Shown: positions 15,538 through 23,568 of the stretch, piece by piece
How positions within the stretch are numbered: position 1 is the first letter of the stretch
Layout: each line of letters opens with the position of its first letter
Assembly (NCBI GenBank): GCA_963666485.2
Contig: CAXXUO010000001.1
Span: 1,024,001 to 1,088,000 of the forward strand
From: Syntrophorhabdaceae bacterium
Lineage (GTDB): Bacteria > Desulfobacterota > Syntrophorhabdia > Syntrophorhabdales > Syntrophorhabdaceae
DNA: 64,000 nucleotides
Reading direction: 5' to 3'
Made by a program: the position numbers and the translations under genes
The notes under the pieces: generated by a model
What the model was told of the DNA's origin: nothing
What the model saw: only the letters and a program-made list of their open reading frames with translations
The model's database searches: none

Positions 15538-16017
15538 ATGGAAAAACAGGTACTGCGTTTCAAAGTTAACGGTGACGAATACGAAGTCTTTATACATCCC
15601 AAGACATTGCTTGCCGAGGTCATCAGGGATCACCTCGGTTTCACGGGAACAAAACGGGGCTGCGAGACCGTCTCGTGCGGCGCATGCACGGTCAATGTCA
15701 ACGGCGCTTCCGTAAAATCATGCTCGGTCCTCGCGATCCAGTGTGAAGGCATGGACGTCACGACGGTCGAAGGCCTGGAGAAGGACGGCAAGCTGAGCCC
15801 GATCCAGAGGTCATTCCTCGATCACGGCTCCTTCCAGTGCGGCTTTTGCACCCCGGGCATGCTGATGTCAGCGACCGCTTTCATAGAAGAAGCGAAAAAC
15901 CCGACAAAAGACCAGATAAAAGAGAGCATCGAAGGCAACGTCTGCAGGTGCACAGGGTATAACAGCATCGTCAGGGCCATTGAGGCTGTTACATCAGGCA
16001 AATATAAGGAGGAGTGA
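15538..16017 (+). CDS. Xanthine dehydrogenase-family 2x[2Fe-2S] subunit (CoxS/HcrC-like)
   Basis: GCETVSCGACT..SC and QCGFCTPG..GNVCRCTGY. Confidence 0.95.
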   Translation: MEKQVLRFKVNGDEYEVFIHPKTLLAEVIRDHLGFTGTKRGCETVSCGACTVNVNGASVKSCSVLAIQCEGMDVTTVEGLEKDGKLSPIQRSFLDHGSFQCGFCTPGMLMSATAFIEEAKNPTKDQIKESIEGNVCRCTGYNSIVRAIEAVTSGKYKEE

Positions 16018-16018
16018 T

Positions 16019-18298
16019 ATGAGTCACGCGAAATATAATGTCATCAATACACATGTTCACAATATAGATGGCGTTGCGAAGGTAACAGGCCGGGCCACGT
16101 ACACCTTTGACGTGAAGCTTCCCGGTATGCTCTATGGAAAGATCCTCCGCAGCCCGCACCCCCACGCAAAGATAAAAAATATCGATGCCTCGGCAGCACT
16201 GGCGCTTCCCGGCGTTAAGATCGTTGTGACCGGCAAAGATACGCTCGGCATCAAACAGGGTATCTGGAGACGGTACGAAGAGCTCTGCGACGAGCAGGTC
16301 CTTCCCCTGGAAAAAGTCCGCTACATCGGCGAGCCGGTAGCAGCAGTCGCCGCAGTGACCGAAGAGATCGCGGAAGCGGCCCTTGACCTTATCGAAGTTG
16401 ATTACGAAGTCCTTCCCGCCGTGTACGAGCCGCTGGAAGCCATCAAGAAAGAAGCCCCGACGATCCATGAAGGCGTCGAGAGAAACGTCAACGTCACCCG
16501 CCACATCGAGTGGGGCGATGTCGATGAGGCATTCGACGAAGCCGATTATATCCGTGAGGACTGGTTCAAGTGTTCCGGCCAGGCCCACATGTGCATGGAA
16601 ACGCGCGCGGCCGTGTCAAGCTTTACGCCCGAAGGCAAACTCACCTGCTGGGCATCGACACAGTCAGCATATTACACCCAGGGCCTTCTTGCGGGCGTCC
16701 TCGGGCTTCGCGAAGGCGATGTCCGCGTTCTCGCCCCGTACGTCGGCGGCGGCTTCGGCGGCAAGTTCGAGCTCGATGCGGCGATGTTCTGCAGCGCCGT
16801 TATGTCCATGAAGCTCTTCAAGCCGGTCAAGGTCGTCTTCACCCGTGAGGAAGATTTCATCGCCTCCAAGAGACGGACCCCGATGTTCTACTATGTCCGC
16901 ACCGGTATCAAAAAAGACGGTACCTTCTGTGCCCGTGAATCCCGCATGTTCTCGAACGGCGGCGCCTACACAGGCATGGGCGCGACAGCGCTTTACCTGT
17001 CCGGTTTCTTCCATTCATTCCCGTATAAATGGAGAGGGTATCGCTACGACGGTTACCGCGTCTACACGAACACCCTTCCTTCCACATCCATGCGTGGTTT
17101 CGGCGCCCCCCAGGCCATGTTCTGCTCCGAGCAGCAGATCGACTGGATATGCGCCGACCTCGGCCTCGACCCGTTTGAAGTAAGGCGCAAGAACGGCCAT
17201 ACCGAAGGCTACGAAGTCCCGGGCCAGGCATTCATCGCGAGCTGCGGTCTCGAGCAGTGCATCAACGAGATCGAAAAATGGGTCAAATCAAAAGGCAAAC
17301 TGCCGGCCAACAGGGGCATCGGCATCTCCTCCTGTGGCTTTATGTCAGGCGGCATCTTCAACTGGTTCGATTCACCGTATTCATTCTCTTCAGCCGTCAT
17401 CACGATAAACGTCGACGGAACGTGCGAACTGCATGTCGGCTGCCAGGATATCGGCCAGGGTTCCAACACGACCATGGCGATCATCGCCGCCGAGACCCTC
17501 GGAGTTAAAGTTGAGGACATCAGGGTCCATTCAGGCGACACCGCACACTGCCCGGCCGACCTCGGCGCATGGGGCTCCCGCCAGACACTCATGGCAGGGA
17601 ACGCGGTCAAGATGGCCTGCGAAGACGCAAAGAAACAGCTTCTCGAATTTGCCTATGCTGAAATGGGCATCAACATCGTTTACGACCTCGACATCAAGGA
17701 CCGCTGGGTCCACATCGTCGCCCGTCCGGAACGCGGCCTTCCCTACGTAGACCTCGTCAAGAAGGCCTTGAGGGCGAAAGACGGCCAGAGGATCATGGGC
17801 CGCGGCTACTACACACCGCACCGCAAAGGCATGATTTCCCCCGCATACAGCTACATGATGCAGGCGGTTGACGCCGAAGTCGATCCGGAAACCGGCAAGA
17901 TCAAGATCCACGAGGTTATGACCGCTCACGACTGCGGCCAGCCGATCAACCAGCTCGGCCTCATCGGGCAGCTCGAAGGCGCAGCATCCATGGCGCTCGG
18001 CTATGCATACCTCGAAGACATGCCGATGGAAGACGGCAAGCTCATGAACCCGAACCTCGTTGACTACAAGGTCATCAAGGCCCCGGAAATGCCGGAAGCA
18101 GGGATCATCGAGATCGACACGTTCGAGCCCGAGGGCCCGTACGGTGCAAAGGAAGCCGGCGAAGGCCTCACCAACCCGACGGCAGCCGCACTCGGCAACG
18201 CGATATACAACGCAATGGGCATTCAGATGAAAGAGCTCCCGATCACCCCGGAAAGGGTCCTCAAGGCCTTAAGGGAAAAGAAGGAAGCCCAGAAGTAA
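16019..18298 (+). CDS. Xanthine dehydrogenase-family molybdopterin subunit, resembling 4-hydroxybenzoyl-CoA reductase alpha (HcrA)
   Basis: 759 aa from MSHAKY; KVTGRA, STQ, GGGFGGK, MRGFG, DIGQGSNT, WGSR, GPYGAKEAGEG; lacks the CoxL AYxCSFR motif. Confidence 0.85.
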   Translation: MSHAKYNVINTHVHNIDGVAKVTGRATYTFDVKLPGMLYGKILRSPHPHAKIKNIDASAALALPGVKIVVTGKDTLGIKQGIWRRYEELCDEQVLPLEKVRYIGEPVAAVAAVTEEIAEAALDLIEVDYEVLPAVYEPLEAIKKEAPTIHEGVERNVNVTRHIEWGDVDEAFDEADYIREDWFKCSGQAHMCMETRAAVSSFTPEGKLTCWASTQSAYYTQGLLAGVLGLREGDVRVLAPYVGGGFGGKFELDAAMFCSAVMSMKLFKPVKVVFTREEDFIASKRRTPMFYYVRTGIKKDGTFCARESRMFSNGGAYTGMGATALYLSGFFHSFPYKWRGYRYDGYRVYTNTLPSTSMRGFGAPQAMFCSEQQIDWICADLGLDPFEVRRKNGHTEGYEVPGQAFIASCGLEQCINEIEKWVKSKGKLPANRGIGISSCGFMSGGIFNWFDSPYSFSSAVITINVDGTCELHVGCQDIGQGSNTTMAIIAAETLGVKVEDIRVHSGDTAHCPADLGAWGSRQTLMAGNAVKMACEDAKKQLLEFAYAEMGINIVYDLDIKDRWVHIVARPERGLPYVDLVKKALRAKDGQRIMGRGYYTPHRKGMISPAYSYMMQAVDAEVDPETGKIKIHEVMTAHDCGQPINQLGLIGQLEGAASMALGYAYLEDMPMEDGKLMNPNLVDYKVIKAPEMPEAGIIEIDTFEPEGPYGAKEAGEGLTNPTAAALGNAIYNAMGIQMKELPITPERVLKALREKKEAQK

Positions 18299-18329
18299 TT
18301 ATTATTCAAGATAACCAAGGAGGTTTACC

Positions 18330-18545
18330 GTGAGCTTTAAATGTCCAGCATGTAAAAAAGAATGGCCGAACAGCAAGCAGGTCGCACGCCATATGTTTGG
18401 CACCGGCGACAAGGCACACCGGGCATGGATCGAATCACAGGGTCACTCATACATAGAGCTCCTTCTCGCACAGACGACGGAGCCCGGAAACAAAAGCTAC
18501 GAGATCCTGTCCGATCTCATTGAAAAGGCGCAGGACAAATTATAA
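18330..18545 (+). CDS. Small C2H2-like zinc-finger protein
   Basis: 71 aa, strong RBS AAGGAGGT; F-x-C-x2-C-x3-W-x5-V-x2-H-x8-H. Confidence 0.8.
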   Translation: MSFKCPACKKEWPNSKQVARHMFGTGDKAHRAWIESQGHSYIELLLAQTTEPGNKSYEILSDLIEKAQDKL

Positions 18546-18550
18546 GATCC

Positions 18551-18575
18551 AGGGGCCCCGTATACCGGGGCCCCT
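18551..18575. terminator. GC-rich intra-operon hairpin
   Basis: AGGGGCCCCG-TATAC-CGGGGCCCCT followed by an A-run on +; no U-tail directly after the stem on either strand. Confidence 0.4.
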
Positions 18576-18601
18576 AAAAAATTCAACAAGGAGGAATATC
18601 C

Positions 18602-19054
18602 ATGCTAATAGAGGGCGGATTTACTTTAAAAGCACCTATCGATAAGCTTTTCGATTTCCTGCTGAAACCCGACACGATCCTCACCTGCCTCCCGGGTGCG
18701 GAATCAGTGAACATTATCGATGATACGTCATACGAGTGCATCGTGAAGCAGAAAGTCGGCCCCATCAAAGCCAGGCTGAAATTTGTCAACAAGCTGACCG
18801 TTGTCGACAGGCCGACCCACATGGAGATCGAAGGCGAAGGCGAAGACATGACCAAGCTCGGTCACTTCAAGAACAAGACCGTCGTTGACCTGAAGGACAA
18901 AGGCAACGGCGAGGTCGAGGTCAGCTACAAGACCGACGTCAACATCGTCGGCAAGCTCGCCATGTTCGGCGACAGGATCATGAGGGCAAAGGCGAAAGAC
19001 ACCGAAAAAGAATTCACCAAGAACCTTCAGGAAAAACTGAAAAGCATCGCATAG
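18602..19054 (+). CDS. CoxG / SRPBCC family protein
   Basis: 150 aa; CLPGAE, KVGPIKA, GKLAMFG; downstream of molybdoenzyme genes. Confidence 0.85.
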   Translation: MLIEGGFTLKAPIDKLFDFLLKPDTILTCLPGAESVNIIDDTSYECIVKQKVGPIKARLKFVNKLTVVDRPTHMEIEGEGEDMTKLGHFKNKTVVDLKDKGNGEVEVSYKTDVNIVGKLAMFGDRIMRAKAKDTEKEFTKNLQEKLKSIA

Positions 19055-19071
19055 TAAATAACTGTACGTTG

Positions 19072-19109
19072 AAAGGGGTCCGCACATTACGGTGCGGACC
19101 CCTTTTTTT
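19072..19109 (+). terminator. Intrinsic terminator of the molybdoenzyme operon
   Basis: AAAGGGGTCCGCAC-loop-GTGCGGACCCCTTTTTTT. Confidence 0.88.
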
Positions 19110-19266
19110 GTTGCCCGACAAGACCAATCTACGTTCTACGTTAAAAATTCCGATGTATCATCACCACCAGGCAGGGTTCGTTAAGCCCCGCGATCATGGA
19201 CAGGTTCGATTTTATTATGGGAAACAAAAACCAGGGCATATAAAGGTCCCATGATCTACCACCAGT

Positions 19267-19404
19267 CGTCATTCCGGCTTGCCGGAATCCAGCGTCTTTG
19301 CCTCTTTGGTATCGTGCCATTTTAAGCATTATCGTGACCTATGCCATTCGAGTAATGGGTAAGTAAAGACGCTGGATTCCGCCGCAAAGGCCGGCGGAAT
19401 GACG
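19267..19404. repeat. REP/palindromic element (GTCATTCC...GGAATGAC type)
   Basis: Termini CGTCATTCCG / CGGAATGACG; internal 16-bp inverted pair GGAATCCAGCGTCTTT (19284-19299) / AAAGACGCTGGATTCC (19365-19380). Confidence 0.75.
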
Positions 19405-19440
19405 CTGTGGATTGCGTGCGAGAGGAGCTTTGCTTCAACT

Positions 19441-19468
19441 CCTTACGCCTTACGACTCGCGCCTTACG
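19441..19468. repeat. Heptamer tandem (CCTTACG), single arm
   Basis: CCTTACG CCTTACG ACTCGCG CCTTACG. Confidence 0.65.
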
Positions 19469-19473
19469 GCATT

Positions 19474-19504
19474 AAAAAACCCCGCCTCATATGAGGCGGG
19501 GTTT
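19474..19504 (-). terminator. Intrinsic terminator of dctQM
   Basis: 28-bp palindrome AAACCCCGCCTCAT/ATGAGGCGGGGTTT; A-run gives a U-tail on the minus strand. Confidence 0.85.
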
Positions 19505-19523
19505 GTGCTGTCAGGTTAGCTGA

Positions 19524-20831
19524 TTAGCCGGGCATCAGCCAGTGGGGCAGCCAGGTCGAGAGTGCGGGGAAAAGGAAGACCAGGATGCCGCCGACGACGA
19601 TGCTGATGAGGAAGGGGTAGACGCCGTTGTAAATGACGCTGAAGGGCGTCTTGGTGATCTGTTTTACGACGAACACGCAGATGGCCATCGGGGGAAGGAC
19701 GACGCCGAGCATGACTGTGATGCCGATGAGGATACCGAACCACATCGGGTCGTAGCCGAGTTTGAGGATGGCCGGGTAGAAGATCGGCGTGGCCAGGATC
19801 ATAAAAGCGAGGTCATCGATGAATGATCCGCCGATAAGATAGATGAGCGCGATGAAAACGATGATGACCCAGGACGGCATGTTGAGGCTGACGATCCAGT
19901 CGGCTGCAACCATGGGGATCGTCGTGACCGCGATGAAGTGGCCAAGCACCGTTGAGCCGGCTATAAGCATCAAGACCATCGTCGCGGTCCTGATCGACTC
20001 GGCAACCGACTTTATATATCCTTTAATGTTGAGATCGCGCATGACAAACGTCATGACGAGAACAAGAAAAGTACCGACACTGCCTGCTTCGGTGGGGGTG
20101 AACACGCCGCCGAGGATACCGCCAATGACGAGGCAGAAAATAACCATGACCATGATAACTTCCGGTATGGTTTTAAATCTTTCCTTCCATGTAGACTTCG
20201 GGCTCTTGGGACCGATGGCAGGGTTCATCTTGCACCAGCCGTAAATGACGGCGATGAAAAGAGCGGCTATGATGAGGCCCGGGATGATGCCGGCGAGGAA
20301 GAGCCGGCCGATCGACTGGTCGGTGATAATGCCGTAGAGAATGAGGGTTACACTGGGAGGAAGCAGGATGCCCAGCGTACCGACGGTGGCGACGATGCCT
20401 GTCGAGAGGCGTTTGTCATATCCGAACCGGTCCATCTCCGGGACGGCGACGGCGGCAAATGTTGCAGATGTTGCAGGGGATGAACCGCAGATTGCCTTAA
20501 ATATCGTTGCGCCGCCGACGGTGGCCATGGCAAGGCCGCCGGGGATATGACCGATAAATTTGTGGGCCGCTTCAAAAAGCCGTTTCGCTATGCCCGAATT
20601 GTATGCTACCTGCCCCATGAGAACGAAGAGCGGGATAACGGTAAAGCTGTACGAGTTTAAAACATCATACATGTCCTTCGCCAGCAGGTTAAACGCAGCG
20701 TCGAAGGAAATGAGGTATCCAAAACCGAGAAAGCCCATGAGGACCATGGCAAATCCCAGCTCGATGCCGGTAAGGAACATAACAAGAACGACTAGTAGTC
20801 CAATAATTCCAACGGTAATAGGATCACTCAT
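19524..20831 (-). CDS. dctM: TRAP transporter large permease
   Basis: Very hydrophobic; IPLFVLMG, GGLAMATV, GTLGILLPPS, LFLAGIIPG, GVFTPTEA. Confidence 0.92.
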   Translation of the reverse strand: MSDPITVGIIGLLVVLVMFLTGIELGFAMVLMGFLGFGYLISFDAAFNLLAKDMYDVLNSYSFTVIPLFVLMGQVAYNSGIAKRLFEAAHKFIGHIPGGLAMATVGGATIFKAICGSSPATSATFAAVAVPEMDRFGYDKRLSTGIVATVGTLGILLPPSVTLILYGIITDQSIGRLFLAGIIPGLIIAALFIAVIYGWCKMNPAIGPKSPKSTWKERFKTIPEVIMVMVIFCLVIGGILGGVFTPTEAGSVGTFLVLVMTFVMRDLNIKGYIKSVAESIRTATMVLMLIAGSTVLGHFIAVTTIPMVAADWIVSLNMPSWVIIVFIALIYLIGGSFIDDLAFMILATPIFYPAILKLGYDPMWFGILIGITVMLGVVLPPMAICVFVVKQITKTPFSVIYNGVYPFLISIVVGGILVFLFPALSTWLPHWLMPG

Positions 20832-21309
20832 ATTGACCTCCGAAGATCTTGATGATGTCACAGATCAGGACGAGGCACAGAATGAAGCTGCATATCGCCA
20901 TCCCGTACGCGACGGGATAGAAGGGTATCTGCCGGGTCAGCGAAACCTCGCCGGATTTGTAGAGGTCATACCCGTACTTGATCAAATTGTGACCGATAAG
21001 ATAGAAAAGACCGATGCTTATGAGGCGGGTGATGATATTGATGATGCCCTGCCCCACTTTGTTGAACTTCACCACGAAAAAATCAACGAAGATGTGGCCC
21101 CTCATCCATGACGTGATGGGAAGGGCGAAACCGATGGCTACCGCCCCGCCCAAACCAACTATCTCAAAGGTTCCGATAATAGGCCGGTCGAAGAAGTAGC
21201 GCAGGAAAACGTCGGACACTGTGAGCAGCATAATAAACGTAAGGGCTGCCCCAGCAATGACGCTCATCAATTTGCTGAGTTTCTCAGCAATCCATAGTAT
21301 GGCTCCCAT
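20824..21309 (-). CDS. dctQ: TRAP transporter small permease
   Basis: 161 aa, 4 TM segments; DVFLRY, GHIFVD; overlaps the dctM start. Confidence 0.88.
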   Translation of the reverse strand: MGAILWIAEKLSKLMSVIAGAALTFIMLLTVSDVFLRYFFDRPIIGTFEIVGLGGAVAIGFALPITSWMRGHIFVDFFVVKFNKVGQGIINIITRLISIGLFYLIGHNLIKYGYDLYKSGEVSLTRQIPFYPVAYGMAICSFILCLVLICDIIKIFGGQYE

Positions 21310-21365
21310 TGCTCCTCCTAGTGTAACTTGTGATTGTACCTTTACCCCGGTTATATAATACCCGC

Positions 21366-21395
21366 ATCTTATGTCATCAGGACAGCCAATGTCAA
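21366..21395 (-). promoter_or_regulatory. Putative sigma70 promoter of dctQM
   Basis: Minus strand TTGACA-N18-TAAGAT, same geometry as the dctP promoter. Confidence 0.5.
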
Positions 21396-21589
21396 GTGAA
21401 AAATTTTACAATTAAGATGCGAAAATTATTGACCTTTAAGAGAGTTTGTACCCCAGATAATGAACAAAATGCCGAACAGCCGGAAAAACGGCCTTTTTCA
21501 CGAAATGTTCAAATAATTTCCAATATTGTCCTTAACCGCCCGGACCGGGCGCTTTTGCTATTATGACCGAAAGATGATAGGTATTTTGC

Positions 21590-22177
21590 ATGGACACTGC
21601 GTGCGCGATACTTGCCGGCGGACGGAGCCTCCGCATGGGGCGGGACAAGGCAACGGCTCAATTCCAGGGCCACACCTTGATCGGGACCGTTTTCGACTCC
21701 GTGAAAGAGGTCTTCGATGATGTCATAATCGTCTCGTCCATGCACGGTTCGCTTGACGGCATCGATGCGCCCGTCATCGAGGACATCCTGCCGGTCCAGA
21801 CCCCGATGATCGGTATAGCGACCGCCCTTCTTAATGTCAATAAGCCGCGGGTTTTTGTCGTCGCCTGCGATATGCCCTTCCTCACCCGGGACGCAATTAA
21901 GCGCCTGGTCGATGCCCCGGGAGATGCAGACATCGTGATCCCGATGATCGGGGAATATTTTGAACCCCTGCACGCCGTCTACAACAGGTCATGCCTTGCC
22001 CATTTTTTGCGCTTGATAGGGCTCAACAAGCTCAAGATATCGGGCGTGTTCCCGTACGTAACGATGAACGTGATCAGGGATGACCCGTGCTTCCGCAATC
22101 CCGGCGGCGACCTCGTCTTTCTGAACATCAATACGGCTGAAGATCTGCAGCGTGTCGATACGGACGGCCCGGCGTGA
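21590..22177 (+). CDS. mobA: Molybdenum cofactor guanylyltransferase
   Basis: ILAGGRSLRMGRDKA, VACDMPF, EPLHAVY, NINTAED. Confidence 0.85.
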   Translation: MDTACAILAGGRSLRMGRDKATAQFQGHTLIGTVFDSVKEVFDDVIIVSSMHGSLDGIDAPVIEDILPVQTPMIGIATALLNVNKPRVFVVACDMPFLTRDAIKRLVDAPGDADIVIPMIGEYFEPLHAVYNRSCLAHFLRLIGLNKLKISGVFPYVTMNVIRDDPCFRNPGGDLVFLNINTAEDLQRVDTDGPA

Positions 22178-22632
22178 TGGGCGTCTCCCCGGAGCGGCGC
22201 ATGCGCACAATGACCGGTGACGACGTTCACGCCGTCATGGAGATCGAAGAGCGTTCCTTCGTGTCGCCCTGGACCCGGGGCATGTTCTCGCAAACCCTGG
22301 AATCGTCCGTTGCCCGTAATTACGTCATGCTCGAGGACCGCCGGATCACAGGCTATATCGTGCTTTACCGGGCCGGTCTCGAGATGCACATTATGAATAT
22401 TGCCGTGGACCCTGCCCGCCGGCGCCAGGGGATCGCCCTCGATATGATGGAGAGGGTCCTCGCACAGGCGCGCGCCGATTCGATCGAGGAATGCTTCCTT
22501 GAGGTCAGGGAAACCAATTTCCCCGCGCAGGCCCTTTATGAAAGGCTCGGCTTCAAGCGGATCGGTAAGCGCAAGGGGTATTATACCGAAACGAATGAGG
22601 ATGCGATAGTCATGGTATTGTTTTTGCGTTAG
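22174..22632 (+). CDS. rimI: Ribosomal protein S18 alanine N-acetyltransferase (GNAT)
   Basis: SPW, NIAVDPARRRQGIA, LEVRETN, RKGYY, EDAIVM; exact start uncertain. Confidence 0.88.
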   Translation: MMGVSPERRMRTMTGDDVHAVMEIEERSFVSPWTRGMFSQTLESSVARNYVMLEDRRITGYIVLYRAGLEMHIMNIAVDPARRRQGIALDMMERVLAQARADSIEECFLEVRETNFPAQALYERLGFKRIGKRKGYYTETNEDAIVMVLFLR

Positions 22633-22726
22633 CCGTTAGCCGTTAGCCGTTAGCCGTTAGCCGTTAGCCGTTAGCCGTTAGCCGTTAGCCGTTAGCCGTT
22701 AGCCGTTAGCCGTTAGCCGTTAGCCG
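22629..22726. repeat. Perfect microsatellite (TTAGCCG)x14
   Basis: 98 bp of exact 7-bp units; the first unit contains the rimI TAG stop. Confidence 0.97.
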
Positions 22727-22809
22727 AATTTTACGCAAAAAGAAATTGCCATGCGCGCCCCTTACGAGTTAGAATCCCGTCGAAGCAAGAGCTTCCCTAA
22801 AGGTGCCAA

Positions 22810-23568
22810 ATGGATGATATACCGGGAATAATAACAGCGAACAGCGCCCTGGTCCCGGGCTATCATCGCCTGACCGTACGGCTCGCAAGACCCCTCGGAG
22901 AGGTCACCCCGGGCCAGTTCGTCATGCTCAAGGTGCCGGACCGCGAGATATTCCTTCGCAGGCCGTTCAGCATTTATGATGCCCGCGGCACCATGGTGAC
23001 GATCATGTACCGCGTGGTCGGCAAGGGCACGGATGCGTTGAGCCGCGCACAAAAGAAGGACCCCGTTATGGTGCTCGGGCCGCTCGGCCGGGGGTTTTAT
23101 CCGCCGGCCGCGGGACCCTGCCTTGTCATAGCGGGGGGCATCGGCTACGCCGGGGTGCGGATGCTTCTTAAGGCACTTGGCAAAAGGGCGGTTTTATTCA
23201 TGGGGGTCAATGGCGAGGCGGAGCTAAAGCTCCTTGCGGACCTCAAAGGTGTTAAGGTCCTGACCGCGACGCTCGACGGCTCGTGTGGATATCACGGCAA
23301 TGTCGTTTCCCTGTTCAGTGACCATGTCGCGTCGTACCGTTCACAGAACCCGACCGTATTTACCTGCGGCCCGAAGGGGATGATCCTTGGCGTTAAAGAT
23401 GTCCTTGAGGCCGGCAGGGTACCATGCCAGGTCTCGATCGAAGAGAGGATGGCGTGCGGGCTCGGGCTCTGTTTCGGGTGCGTGGCCGAAACGAAAGATG
23501 AGATAAACCCCTTCAAAAGGGTGTGTAAAGAAGGGCCGGTATTCGATCTATGGGAACTCTCACTGTAA
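22810..23568 (+). CDS. pyrK: Dihydroorotate dehydrogenase electron transfer subunit
   Basis: PGQFVML, RRPFS, AGGIG, CGP, MACGLGLCFGC..RVCKEGPVF. Confidence 0.9.
   Translation: MDDIPGIITANSALVPGYHRLTVRLARPLGEVTPGQFVMLKVPDREIFLRRPFSIYDARGTMVTIMYRVVGKGTDALSRAQKKDPVMVLGPLGRGFYPPAAGPCLVIAGGIGYAGVRMLLKALGKRAVLFMGVNGEAELKLLADLKGVKVLTATLDGSCGYHGNVVSLFSDHVASYRSQNPTVFTCGPKGMILGVKDVLEAGRVPCQVSIEERMACGLGLCFGCVAETKDEINPFKRVCKEGPVFDLWELSL

Noticed and set aside
14657..19054. Aerobic CO dehydrogenase (coxMSL + coxG)
   Set aside because: Large subunit has SMRGFG rather than AYxCSFR; no coxDEF
19128..19141. TCTACGT x2 as another heptamer element
   Set aside because: Only two units and no partner arm; could be chance
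19069..19329. Short ORFs in the coxG-dctM gap
   Set aside because: They cross a terminator or the palindromic element; no RBS or motifs
22629..22726. CRISPR array
   Set aside because: Contiguous 7-bp units with no spacers, and no cas genes in the window
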